Part shown: piece after piece, positions 40,418 through 50,185 of the stretch
Layout of the letters: every line of letters starts with the position of its first letter
How positions within the stretch are numbered: position 1 is the first letter of the stretch
Origin: a virus
Virus record (IMG/VR): IMGVR_UViG_3300013093_000043
Coordinates: 3,681-67,680 of that record
Reading direction: 5' to 3' (one strand)
Length of the DNA: 64,000 nt
Translations under genes and position numbers: made by a program
The notes under the pieces: model-generated
The model's input: the letters and a program-made list of their open reading frames with translations, nothing else
Told to the model about the DNA's origin: nothing
Databases searched by the model: none

Positions 40418-41727
40418 TGAAAAAACACTACAAGTATAACGACCGCAATCCGATATATCCGTCAGCAACTCCCCTTACTGAAGAAGAGTTGGTCCTGGTT
40501 ACTGAAAGCGAAACATTTTGTATTATCCCTTGGATTCACATGCACGGATTTCCCGATGGTAGAGCTTACCCTTGTTGTTTAAGCGACTATTGGCATCCCA
40601 TCGGCGACTTCCGCAAAAACACTATGGAAGAGATTTGGAATCAAGAGCCGATTCGAAACATGCGCAAGAACATGTTGGAGGGCAAGAAGTGCAAAGAATG
40701 CACCAAGTGCTACGAGATAGAAGACAATGGCATGTTCAGTATGCGTAACAGTTTTTCTCGAGACTTTGGACATCATGTTACTTTGGTTAAAGATACCAAG
40801 CCTGATGGAACATATGAAGATTTCAAAATACGCTATTATGATGTGCGTTTTTCTAACATGTGCAATTTTAGATGCAGAATGTGCGGACCAGTGTTTAGCA
40901 GCAATTGGTACAACGATCATGTAAAAATGTATGGCAAAAAGCCTGACGTACTAGGACGTCCAATGGAACGTATTGAGTATGCTGGTAGACACAAATACGA
41001 CATGTGGGAACAACTAGAGCAACACATTCCCTATCTTGACCAAGTGTATTTTGCCGGTGGCGAGCCATTGATCATGGAAGAGCACTACATGATACTGAAA
41101 GAGCTGGTGCGCCGTGAACTGTTTCATGTACGTTTAATTTACAACACAAATTTCAGTGAGGTGTTGTACAAAGATCAAGACGTAATGGAAATGTGGAAAC
41201 TGTTCAAGGTTGTTTCGGTTGGAGCAAGTTTAGACGACAACTATGCACGTGGCGAATACATACGTAAGGGACAGGATTGGAAACAAACTGTAACAAATAG
41301 AGAACGTATGCTAAAGATTTGTCCCAACGTAGACTTTTATGTTAGTAGTACTGTAATGTTATACAATGTGGGACACATACCCGAGTTTCACAGAGAATGG
41401 GTAGACTTGGGCTTGGTAAGACCCCAGGACTGGAACATAAACTTATGCCAAAGTCCCGAACATGATCGTGCCGATGTGTTACCGCGTTACTACAAAGACA
41501 TTGCAATTGAAAAAATTCAACGTCATTTGGAATGGCTTGAGCCACTAGACAAATTGACTCGTGCCACCAACGGATACAAAGGTATCATTACATTTTTGAA
41601 TCAAACAGATAACAGTCATCAACTTGGTGAGTTTTTTCGAGCCAATGATGCCATGGATCAAGTGCGTGATGAAAAGTTTGAAACAGTATTTCCCGAATAT
41701 AAGGACCTAAGAAGCCATGTTACCTGA
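40417..41727 (+). CDS. Radical SAM enzyme with an N-terminal SPASM/Twitch-like Cys domain (3)
   Basis: CNFRCRMC and AGGEP. N-terminal CIIPWIH..DGRAYPCC..IGD....EEIWN..ECTKC. Confidence 0.9.
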   Translation: MKKHYKYNDRNPIYPSATPLTEEELVLVTESETFCIIPWIHMHGFPDGRAYPCCLSDYWHPIGDFRKNTMEEIWNQEPIRNMRKNMLEGKKCKECTKCYEIEDNGMFSMRNSFSRDFGHHVTLVKDTKPDGTYEDFKIRYYDVRFSNMCNFRCRMCGPVFSSNWYNDHVKMYGKKPDVLGRPMERIEYAGRHKYDMWEQLEQHIPYLDQVYFAGGEPLIMEEHYMILKELVRRELFHVRLIYNTNFSEVLYKDQDVMEMWKLFKVVSVGASLDDNYARGEYIRKGQDWKQTVTNRERMLKICPNVDFYVSSTVMLYNVGHIPEFHREWVDLGLVRPQDWNINLCQSPEHDRADVLPRYYKDIAIEKIQRHLEWLEPLDKLTRATNGYKGIITFLNQTDNSHQLGEFFRANDAMDQVRDEKFETVFPEYKDLRSHVT

Positions 41728-42928
41728 AACAATTTGTATGCTACCTTGGGTCAGTATAGAAGCAAGTCCAATGGGCACAACCCGTCCCTGTTGTTTGGCA
41801 CAAGAAGAAATTACTGACACTCACGGTAACAAAATAGATTTACGTACAAGTACACTACAAGACGCATACAAAAGCGAATACATGCAAGACTTGCGTAGAC
41901 AATTTCGTGCAGGCAAACGACCCAACACTTGCAGAATGTGTTGGGAAGAAGAAGCCGCAGGCAGAGATAGCAAGCGTATACACAGCCGTGTACGTCTTAA
42001 AGAATTATATCCACAAGTTGATTGGCAGAATGATACTCCGGATCAACTGTGGTTTATAGATTTAAAACTGGGCAACATCTGTAATTTAAAATGTCGTATA
42101 TGCGGATCATGGAGTAGTAGCAAGTGGGCCGCAGAAGAAATGGATTACTTGCCTGCAGGAGCAGACAAGAAAAAGCACGTTGCATATACTTGGTTAAAAG
42201 CCGGTAAGTGGCCCGAAGAATCGCCAGACTTTTGGGAGAACCTTAAAGCACTGTTACCCAACATACGATACTTTGAGTTTACTGGCGGTGAGCCTTGGTT
42301 GATACAAGAACATTTTGATCTACTACAATACGCAGTGGATCAAGGTTACAGTCGAAACATCGATATACACTACAATACCAATGCCACACAAACACCATTA
42401 CCTCATGTGCCTATGTGGGCAAATTTTGGACGTGTGGATATTGCATTTAGTATCGACAATGTAGGCAAGAGATTTGAATATGAACGTTACGGTGCCAATT
42501 GGGCAGAAGCTAACGGTAATATTGACCGAACACATTTTGCCAAAAAAGACATGTGCCCCAATATCACAACACAGTTATGCTTTACCATCAACATACAAAA
42601 TGTCTACTACCTAGATGAATTGTTGGCATGGGCCGACACAAAAGGTTTTGGTAGCGTATATTTTAATATGTTGCAAAGTCCCGAACGCATGAACATACAA
42701 CGCATGACACCGCAAGCACAAGAGTTGGTATTGAACAAATTAAAAACACATTTTTGGACCAGCACCAAGTACCAACAAGAAATTGATAATGTTATTCGCT
42801 TTATTGAAAACGGCACAGGTAGTGACGGCACCGAGTTTGTAAAAAATATGAAACAAACAGATGCGTACCGTAAACAAAACTTTCTAGATACACATCCTGA
42901 AATAGCCAGGGCAATGGGTTATGAGTAA
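41717..42928 (+). CDS. Radical SAM enzyme with an N-terminal SPASM/Twitch-like Cys domain (4)
   Basis: CNLKCRIC and TGGEP. N-terminal CMLPW..RPCC..TCRMC. Confidence 0.9.
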   Translation: MLPETICMLPWVSIEASPMGTTRPCCLAQEEITDTHGNKIDLRTSTLQDAYKSEYMQDLRRQFRAGKRPNTCRMCWEEEAAGRDSKRIHSRVRLKELYPQVDWQNDTPDQLWFIDLKLGNICNLKCRICGSWSSSKWAAEEMDYLPAGADKKKHVAYTWLKAGKWPEESPDFWENLKALLPNIRYFEFTGGEPWLIQEHFDLLQYAVDQGYSRNIDIHYNTNATQTPLPHVPMWANFGRVDIAFSIDNVGKRFEYERYGANWAEANGNIDRTHFAKKDMCPNITTQLCFTINIQNVYYLDELLAWADTKGFGSVYFNMLQSPERMNIQRMTPQAQELVLNKLKTHFWTSTKYQQEIDNVIRFIENGTGSDGTEFVKNMKQTDAYRKQNFLDTHPEIARAMGYE

Positions 42929-43826
42929 GATTGTATTGATAACTCATCCCACTGATTTAACATCATTTAATGCCACATATTTAGAACCAATACTTGATAA
43001 GTATTTTACAGTTGTATATTATGATCGAGATTTGAAATATCCTAAATCATCTGTAGCAATAGTAGGCAAGACAAATAACAATTGGTATACGAAATTAAAT
43101 ACTAAAATTGCGATTGTTAACTTATGGGAAAAAGATAAACAACGTACTAACTTTCCCTGTTTCAACATCGCAAACAAGAATTGGTTTTGGTACAACGAAT
43201 CACTGTGGTATAAAAAGAATGGATACGATTTGTATATACCAAACAAACAATATACCCATACTGCATTCATGCAAATGCGTTTACAAAAACCCAATAGAGA
43301 TAAATTGTTAAATAAATTACAACCATATTTAGATAATATGATCTATAGTTATGTTGCCAAAGGAATTTATTTACCCAAAGACCTACCGCACGATTTAGAT
43401 ACGTTAACCGGTAATTTTCAACGAAACTTTAACCCATTATGGTACGACAATACTTATTATAGCATTGTTGCAGAAACTCATATCGACGACACTACGATAT
43501 TTCCCACTGAAAAAACGTTTAAACCTATAGCATTTTTACATCCATTTATGATACTAGGACAATTTAAAATTTTATCTTATATTAAAAGTTTAGGATTTGC
43601 AACATTTGATAACTTGTTTGACGAATCTTATGATAATGTAAAAAATTATAATTTAAGAATAGATAATATAGTAGAGAATGTTAAAAACTTTATTTTAGAA
43701 TCATATAGTAAAGAAACAGTAGATAAATTAAATCATAATAAAGAATTATTTTTTAATCAAAAAATAGTCGAGCAAAGAATAGTCAATGAAATAATAAATC
43801 CCTTAATAGAATATGCAGAAACCTAA
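42921..43826 (+). CDS. GT10/GT-B-like 'TEK' family protein (very AT-rich gene)
   Basis: SIVAET..FPTEKTFKPIAFLHPF..GFATFDNLFDESYD. Confidence 0.55.
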   Translation: MSKIVLITHPTDLTSFNATYLEPILDKYFTVVYYDRDLKYPKSSVAIVGKTNNNWYTKLNTKIAIVNLWEKDKQRTNFPCFNIANKNWFWYNESLWYKKNGYDLYIPNKQYTHTAFMQMRLQKPNRDKLLNKLQPYLDNMIYSYVAKGIYLPKDLPHDLDTLTGNFQRNFNPLWYDNTYYSIVAETHIDDTTIFPTEKTFKPIAFLHPFMILGQFKILSYIKSLGFATFDNLFDESYDNVKNYNLRIDNIVENVKNFILESYSKETVDKLNHNKELFFNQKIVEQRIVNEIINPLIEYAET

Positions 43827-45135
43827 TACCTTGTGTATGGCACCGTGGACACACACGTACCTAAGTCCACAAACAGAACGACGTATGTGTTGTGCGTCGC
43901 GAGAGCCCGCACAGAATTTTGAACAGTATATTGATACGGAATCTGGCACCGGACGATATATACCCGTCACACTAGACGAACATTGGAACAGTGATCATAT
44001 GCGTTCAGTCAGACGCAGGATGATAGCAGGAGAGACACTCCCCGAGTGCGAAGTATGTAATGATCGACTGTTGAATACCTCGGTTTACCGCAGTTATTTT
44101 AATCAACTGTTTGGTGATAAGTACAATGAAGCAATTGCTTCCACAGATGAAACAGGTCGCACTAGCATGAAACCTGTAAGCTGGGACTATCGGTTCAGCA
44201 ATCTCTGTAATTTTAAATGCCGTATGTGTGGCGATATGTTAAGCAGTGCTTGGGAAACCGAGCAACGCACACACCGCATGATCGACTACACCAATCCCAA
44301 GAACAATTGGATGCGACCTGAAGTCAAAAAACAAATTGAACAATTCCAAGCGACTCAAATTGAACAAGAGTTTAGCGACGCAGTAGAAGAACATAGGGTT
44401 GAGGAAGTCTACTGGGTAGGTGGCGAACCGTTGATGTACGAACAACACTGGAGGTACATGCAACGCATAGTTGAATTAGGAGACGGTCCACGTGTTTATG
44501 CTAGATATAATACTAATCTTTCCCGTGTTAATTATCGTGGCATTGATTTGTATACGGACATTTTGGCAAACTTGCGTGACTGGCAAATTTGTGCCTCGCT
44601 CGATGGAACAGGAGCAATTGGCGAATATATTAGAACAGGCCTTGAGTACAATCGGTGGCTTGAGAACTTCCGTAGAGGAACTGAGATTGCAACTAATGCT
44701 AGACAGATGCGAATCGATTTCACACTCACGTTGCCAGGAATGTTTGAATGTGGGCGAGTGCAAGCTCTTGGAAAAGAACTTGGTGCGGAAATCCTTGCCA
44801 AAGTAATTTTTAGTTTTAGCCCGGACATAGTTATGAGCCCGTTAGCACTACCCCGGGAGTTATTACATTCTTGGATAGATGAAATATTGGGTGACACCCC
44901 AGGGGGTATTAACCATATACCTGATAACAGTCCCTTACGAGACATACTAGTCCAGCTAAAAACTAGACAGACATTTGAGGAACAATGGCCTGACACTTAT
45001 CAAAGTGGGCTAATAAAGGGCAAACAACGTATACTAGAGCTTGAAAAAATTCGAAAAGACGTGTATACTATGAGAGACATACTCGCGGAACGTCCACAAG
45101 TATTAAAATGGTGGGATAGCATTGAAACAAGTTAA
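43813..45135 (+). CDS. Radical SAM enzyme with an N-terminal SPASM/Twitch-like Cys domain (5)
   Basis: CNFKCRMC and VGGEP. N-terminal CMAPWTH..RMCC..ECEVC. Confidence 0.9.
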   Translation: MQKPNTLCMAPWTHTYLSPQTERRMCCASREPAQNFEQYIDTESGTGRYIPVTLDEHWNSDHMRSVRRRMIAGETLPECEVCNDRLLNTSVYRSYFNQLFGDKYNEAIASTDETGRTSMKPVSWDYRFSNLCNFKCRMCGDMLSSAWETEQRTHRMIDYTNPKNNWMRPEVKKQIEQFQATQIEQEFSDAVEEHRVEEVYWVGGEPLMYEQHWRYMQRIVELGDGPRVYARYNTNLSRVNYRGIDLYTDILANLRDWQICASLDGTGAIGEYIRTGLEYNRWLENFRRGTEIATNARQMRIDFTLTLPGMFECGRVQALGKELGAEILAKVIFSFSPDIVMSPLALPRELLHSWIDEILGDTPGGINHIPDNSPLRDILVQLKTRQTFEEQWPDTYQSGLIKGKQRILELEKIRKDVYTMRDILAERPQVLKWWDSIETS

Positions 45136-46189
45136 AGTCGTATTACGCAATCCGTTAAACAAACGAGATCAAATTGATTACACAATAGATGTAAACGATT
45201 CGCCTATGGGCGAGTTATGGTTCTCTGCATTGCAGGACTTATTGCGTAACAACAATTACTTAGAGAAGAACTTTTGTTTTCTTGGCTTCCCTGATAGTGC
45301 AAGAAACTTAGACTTTATATGCAAAGAGTTAAATTGGGCAACGAATAAAATCAATAAATTCTTTGGACAAGAATATTGGATACCTGAAGTATATTTGCCC
45401 AGTACTATGCGTACAGGATTTGACCCCAATCAAGAGGTAATGAATAGGCTACATAATCACTTTGAACATTTACAAGGAACTGTGTGGGAGTTAAGTGATT
45501 ATTACCGACGTGCAGACTATGAAACAAAATTTGCAATACGACAACTAAACAATTTATGTCACGAAGCAGAAAGTTTAATGTTAAGTCAACGCAAACAAGC
45601 AACACAACCTGAATGGGTACGACCCAGTCAAATAACAACTTTTTTAAACGCACCTAGGATAGATTTCCCCAATGAACATAAAACTTCTTTTGACGAAACT
45701 AGATACGATAGACGATTCGGGGAAGTCTACCTCCATTGGACGCAGATTGGTAAAACGCTTTATGAAGTCTATCGTGATGAGCATGGAGTGGATATCGATA
45801 GTGCTACTTGTGATGCTATTACTCATTTACGCTATTATAGTGGAGAGTTTGATATTGAGTGGGCACAAGATGTTATCTTTAATGGACCGCATCCGTGGCA
45901 CACACGAGAAATGACTGGATTTAGAGAGTGGTTGCATCGTAACGGATTTGATACCGAAAATACCGAATACAATTATGGATATCACGCTGTCGGGCAAGTG
46001 GAATTACAAAAAAGTTTTGGAACTACTGACTTTAAAAAAGTTTGGCCCATACTGTCTAAGTACCTTGATATTGTAAGTATAGAAGCAGGAGATGCACAGG
46101 CAGTATACGATTATACCTGGACCGACACAGATTATTATCAACAACAAATTGAACGAATGAGACCGGGATATGATTTTAGCAGCCGGTGA
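45122..46189 (+). CDS. Hypothetical protein of the modification cluster
   Basis: 355-aa ORF (TTG start) overlapping both neighbours. His-containing motifs NRLHNHFE and LNNLCHEAE; no family recognised. Confidence 0.7.
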   Translation: MKQVKVVLRNPLNKRDQIDYTIDVNDSPMGELWFSALQDLLRNNNYLEKNFCFLGFPDSARNLDFICKELNWATNKINKFFGQEYWIPEVYLPSTMRTGFDPNQEVMNRLHNHFEHLQGTVWELSDYYRRADYETKFAIRQLNNLCHEAESLMLSQRKQATQPEWVRPSQITTFLNAPRIDFPNEHKTSFDETRYDRRFGEVYLHWTQIGKTLYEVYRDEHGVDIDSATCDAITHLRYYSGEFDIEWAQDVIFNGPHPWHTREMTGFREWLHRNGFDTENTEYNYGYHAVGQVELQKSFGTTDFKKVWPILSKYLDIVSIEAGDAQAVYDYTWTDTDYYQQQIERMRPGYDFSSR

Positions 46190-46967
46190 CAGTTTTGTTT
46201 ATGGCAGCGAGTTGGCTGATGTTACATCAATCGTTCCTAGTAAAAATACATTTACTGCATTATTAGGTGCTACCGAAACGGTCGCCTGGCCCGGATATGG
46301 CAATGACAGTATAGCACGTACTGTTATTGAACGATGCGAACAAGGCGATGTCACAGGAGTCGTAACAAGTTGGACTTTTCCGGGCCGATACGAATTTAGA
46401 TTCAACTACAATACTTATCAACGCAAAAGTCCGTGGTACACAATCAATTCCTGGACCAGCAATCTCGACATTGAAAATATCAAAAAAGAATTTTTTAATC
46501 AAGACGAAAAAACATCAAAACATCTATTGGATAATGCATTGCGAGCAAAAAATTTAGGTATCAATGATTTTGCACGAGTGTTTTACCAACATGTGGGCAA
46601 TAGCGAGTATTGGGAAATATACAGTAGCCTTAAAGAAATTGTTTATTTGCAAAACTATCTAAAACTAAAATCAATTCCGTATATGTTTACTTGTGCCGAT
46701 ACTTACATGTTTTATCACAACACCGAAATTGATGCTACTCTTAAAAGTTTATTTGGTCAAATTGATTTCGACAAATGGTATTTTTTCCCAGAAGGTGCAG
46801 AATGGGAAACAACTACCCCGAGAGGTTTTTACCAATGGGCAGTAGAGAATAAATACCCAATGGGAGCCATGCATCCACTGGAACCGGCTCACCTAGCTGC
46901 TGCCGAACTAATGAAGGAAAAATTCAATGAACTGGTTAAAAAGTCTATACAACCGAGCGGTGCTTGA
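46170..46967 (+). CDS. SGNH-like hydrolase or acyltransferase
   Basis: GDSFVYGSELAD, PGYGN, SWTF.GR, HPLEPAH. Confidence 0.65.
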   Translation: MILAAGDSFVYGSELADVTSIVPSKNTFTALLGATETVAWPGYGNDSIARTVIERCEQGDVTGVVTSWTFPGRYEFRFNYNTYQRKSPWYTINSWTSNLDIENIKKEFFNQDEKTSKHLLDNALRAKNLGINDFARVFYQHVGNSEYWEIYSSLKEIVYLQNYLKLKSIPYMFTCADTYMFYHNTEIDATLKSLFGQIDFDKWYFFPEGAEWETTTPRGFYQWAVENKYPMGAMHPLEPAHLAAAELMKEKFNELVKKSIQPSGA

Positions 46968-47028
46968 AATACGCTACCGAAAAAAATTACGCGAACTACG
47001 CAAACGAGATCCATTTATTTACAAATGA
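46927..47028 (+). CDS. Small basic protein (33 aa, MNWLKSLYNRAVLEIRYRKKLRELRKRDPFIYK), not in the ORF track
   Basis: It fills the 46967-47025 gap, has AAGGA upstream and ends in an ATGA overlap with 47025. Confidence 0.7.
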   Translation: MNWLKSLYNRAVLEIRYRKKLRELRKRDPFIYK

Positions 47029-47711
47029 TATTGACTCTAGGCGATAGTTTTACTTATGGGTCCGAGTTGGCTGACCGTCCCATGAACTACTCTGTGACTA
47101 CACATTTACCTCCCAGCAGTTTTGCTTGGCCCGTCTTGTTAGCAAAAAAATTAAATACAACGGTTGATAACTTGGCATTGCCCGGGGCCAGTAACGCTAG
47201 AACATTTAGGTTGGCGATGTCAACAACAGTAAAGAAAAAATATGATATTGTGGTTTGTGGGTGGACTGAATTATCACGACTTGACATCCAGTATCAGGAC
47301 ACAGATTTTCCGGTCACAATCAATTCGGGAAAATGGTTTAAAAATGAGTTACCTTGGATTGACGATTACTATAGATTAAGTTATAATGAAAAGCATGCAG
47401 CCGAAACATGGTTGTCGCAATTGGTGGCATTACAGGATTTTTTTAAATACAACGGTCAAAGATACTTGTTTTTGAGTATGCAAGGGTATGGTATACTGCC
47501 AGGATTTCTTGGGACAGACACAATAGAAAACTTTGTAGAATTAGAAAAACGAATTGATCGACAATACTATCTCAATTGGCCCAACGGCGGCATGGTAGAT
47601 TGGATGGCAGATTGTCCAAAAGGTCCTGGCGGACATCCGCTAGAACTAGGGCACGAACGAATAGCAGATAAAATTTATGAACATATTAGGAGTCTCGGCT
47701 GGCTTTCATGA
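47025..47711 (+). CDS. SGNH-like hydrolase or acyltransferase (paralog of 46170)
   Basis: GDSFTYGSELAD, NLALPGASN, GWT..SR, GHPLELGH. Confidence 0.65.
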   Translation: MILTLGDSFTYGSELADRPMNYSVTTHLPPSSFAWPVLLAKKLNTTVDNLALPGASNARTFRLAMSTTVKKKYDIVVCGWTELSRLDIQYQDTDFPVTINSGKWFKNELPWIDDYYRLSYNEKHAAETWLSQLVALQDFFKYNGQRYLFLSMQGYGILPGFLGTDTIENFVELEKRIDRQYYLNWPNGGMVDWMADCPKGPGGHPLELGHERIADKIYEHIRSLGWLS

Positions 47712-49170
47712 TGCCGCAGTAACATTATTATCACCTGCGGGTGAGATATTGTTTGCCGCACACAGTGAAAGATACAGCAAAATTAAAAACGATCCCAACA
47801 TACATTCGGAAATGGTATGGGATTTGGTCAACGCTGAGAATTGTTTCGGGCTTGATACCATTGCCTATTACGAACGTCCCTTGTATAAACAAGCACGGCA
47901 GTGGTATTCGGGACAGGGTATTGAATGGAACAAATTAATCGCACGTAAAATATTACGAGATCAAATACGAATATTTGATTTCTCCAGTGTACCAGTTAAG
48001 AGTTATAATCACCATTTAAGCCATGCGGCAGCAGGATTTCAAACAAGTCCATTTGATCGTGCTACAGTGGTTGTTATTGATGCTATAGGTGAATGGGATA
48101 CTATCAGCATCTGGGGCGCAGAATACAACGGCCGAGGTGAAGCAACTTACAAACGCTTATGGGGACAACGGTATCCGCATAGCATAGGATTGTTTTATAG
48201 CGCAATGACACAACGTTGTGGCCTAAAACCCAACGAAGAAGAATATATTACAATGGGCATGAGTGCGTATGGTACTAATGTGTTTGATGACTTGGTACAA
48301 ACTGCAGTAATTGAAAACGAGTGGGAAATTAGATTAAAGCAAAATTTACACTTGGGCTTTACTGAAGACTTTTTTAAGGAAGCTGGTGTAGAGGAAATGG
48401 CACGCAGTGCACAAAACGTAGCCGAGATATTGATATTGAATGTTATGTATCGTGCCAAGAAGTTAGGCTGGAGTAATAACTTATGCTACATGGGCGGAGT
48501 CGCACTTAACTGTAGTGCCAATAGACACATAGGAGCTTATTTTGATAATGTATGGATTATGCCAAATCCTGGCGATGCTGGTAGCAGTCTTGGTGCTGCG
48601 GCACTTGCGTATAAAAAACGTGTTAATTGGCGCGATGCTTTTCTTGGCCATGATATACCTGGTGCCTATCCTGTTAACGACGTACTTGATCACTTACTTA
48701 GTGATAAGATTGTTGGTGTGGCTAGTGGTCGCGCAGAATTCGGACCTAGAGCCCTGGGAAATAGAAGCCTACTCGCGGATCCGAGAGGAAGTGAAATCAA
48801 GGACCAAGTAAATGAAATCAAACGCAGACAAAAATTTAGACCTTTTGCGCCGGTTATTCTTGAAGAATATGCCCCGGAGTATTTTGACATGCCTCGGGGC
48901 TTTGCTACTAGCCCTTACATGCAGTCAGTGGCTCATTGCCGCCATCCCGATCTATTTCCTGCTATTGTACATCACGATGGAACAAGTCGAGTACAAACCG
49001 TTGGACGAGACGGATCGGGAATAAGAGAACTACTAGAAAAATGGTTTGTTATGACCGGATGCCCTATGTTGCTTAACACAAGTCTAAACATACGTGGCGA
49101 ACCCATGGTAAACGATCGTACAGATGCAGATCGTTTTGAACAACTATATGGTGTACGGGTGTGTTCATGA
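47677..49170 (+). CDS. O-carbamoyltransferase (NodU/CmcH/TobZ family)
   Basis: GFHDAA, HHLSHAA, DAIGE, GGVALNC, PGDAGSSLGAA, GRAEFGPRALGNRS, FRPFAP, LNTSLN. Confidence 0.95.
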   Translation: MNILGVSAGFHDAAVTLLSPAGEILFAAHSERYSKIKNDPNIHSEMVWDLVNAENCFGLDTIAYYERPLYKQARQWYSGQGIEWNKLIARKILRDQIRIFDFSSVPVKSYNHHLSHAAAGFQTSPFDRATVVVIDAIGEWDTISIWGAEYNGRGEATYKRLWGQRYPHSIGLFYSAMTQRCGLKPNEEEYITMGMSAYGTNVFDDLVQTAVIENEWEIRLKQNLHLGFTEDFFKEAGVEEMARSAQNVAEILILNVMYRAKKLGWSNNLCYMGGVALNCSANRHIGAYFDNVWIMPNPGDAGSSLGAAALAYKKRVNWRDAFLGHDIPGAYPVNDVLDHLLSDKIVGVASGRAEFGPRALGNRSLLADPRGSEIKDQVNEIKRRQKFRPFAPVILEEYAPEYFDMPRGFATSPYMQSVAHCRHPDLFPAIVHHDGTSRVQTVGRDGSGIRELLEKWFVMTGCPMLLNTSLNIRGEPMVNDRTDADRFEQLYGVRVCS

Positions 49171-49721
49171 ATGTAAATGCCACTGTACAATTTGCCAACA
49201 ACGCTAGGTTATTTTTAATAGATAATTTTTTTAGCGAGGAACTAAACAATCAAGTGTTTGGTACTTTTATGTCGTACAACGACACTAATACCAATTGGGG
49301 CAACACTACAAATTTTGAACACAAACCTGGACGGAAGGTATATACTGGATCCGTCGGCAACATAGATGCTTATGTACAAACACCTGCGGTATTGGATCAA
49401 ATTCGCACACTATTAGGTAAACCGGTAAAATATCTAAGTTCAAGTATGTGGGTAGACCTTCCGGGATATACAATTTCACCACATTACGATATTGATGCTT
49501 TTGAACATGCTGTACAAATATACATGACCGATCCTTCAAAAAATTTTGAAATGATGGGAACCGCATTTTATTTAAATAACAAACAACTGATGTTTGAAAT
49601 ACCTTATAGAAGAAACTCGGGCTATCTAATAGACACTGCTCAAAGTATACTACACGGACTACATCATTCAATACCGCCGGGATTTTTACGATATAGTGTT
49701 TACATGAGATTTCGAACATGA
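49167..49721 (+). CDS. 2OG-Fe(II) oxygenase-like protein
   Basis: ATGA-coupled start at 49167. ISPHYD (H-x-D), GTAFY and LHG...R.S. Confidence 0.7.
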   Translation: MNVNATVQFANNARLFLIDNFFSEELNNQVFGTFMSYNDTNTNWGNTTNFEHKPGRKVYTGSVGNIDAYVQTPAVLDQIRTLLGKPVKYLSSSMWVDLPGYTISPHYDIDAFEHAVQIYMTDPSKNFEMMGTAFYLNNKQLMFEIPYRRNSGYLIDTAQSILHGLHHSIPPGFLRYSVYMRFRT

Positions 49722-50185
49722 GAGTATTAATAATGGGCTTACCGGGTGCAGGTAAAACCACATTGGCATCGGCATTAAAGCCCGCATTGGAAGTTGCGGG
49801 CTATACAGTGGCTTGGTTCAATGCCGATGCGTTGCGAGCACAACACAATGACTGGGACTTTAGTGGTGCTGGTAGAATGCGTCAAGCCGAGCGTATGCGT
49901 GAAGCAGCCGACGGTGAAGTTTGTGATTTTGTCATATGCGACTTTGTTTGTCCGTTATTGACAATGAGATTTGTATTTGCACCGCATTTTGTTGTGTGGG
50001 TAGACACTATAAAGGAAGGCAGATTTGAAAGTACAAACCAAATATTCAATCCACCCAAGTCATGGGATGTTAGGGTTGACTCTCAAGATACTGAGCAGTG
50101 GCTTCCTGTAATCCTGGAACGGTTGGTTTCTGCTCGCAAACGTCTCGTAGTCCAAGAACTAACTCATTCCAACAACGATCAATAA
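49718..50185 (+). CDS. cysC: Adenylylsulfate (APS) kinase-like P-loop kinase
   Basis: MGLPGAGKTT P-loop, NAD.LR...DWDFS..GR.RQA.RM, DFVCP. Confidence 0.7.
   Translation: MRVLIMGLPGAGKTTLASALKPALEVAGYTVAWFNADALRAQHNDWDFSGAGRMRQAERMREAADGEVCDFVICDFVCPLLTMRFVFAPHFVVWVDTIKEGRFESTNQIFNPPKSWDVRVDSQDTEQWLPVILERLVSARKRLVVQELTHSNNDQ

Noticed and set aside
37666-45135. Radical SAM genes as MoaA, PqqE, QueE or NrdG cofactor-pathway enzymes
   Set aside because: No companion moa, pqq, que or nrdD genes are present, and the domain order with an N-terminal auxiliary Cys module does not match those enzymes.
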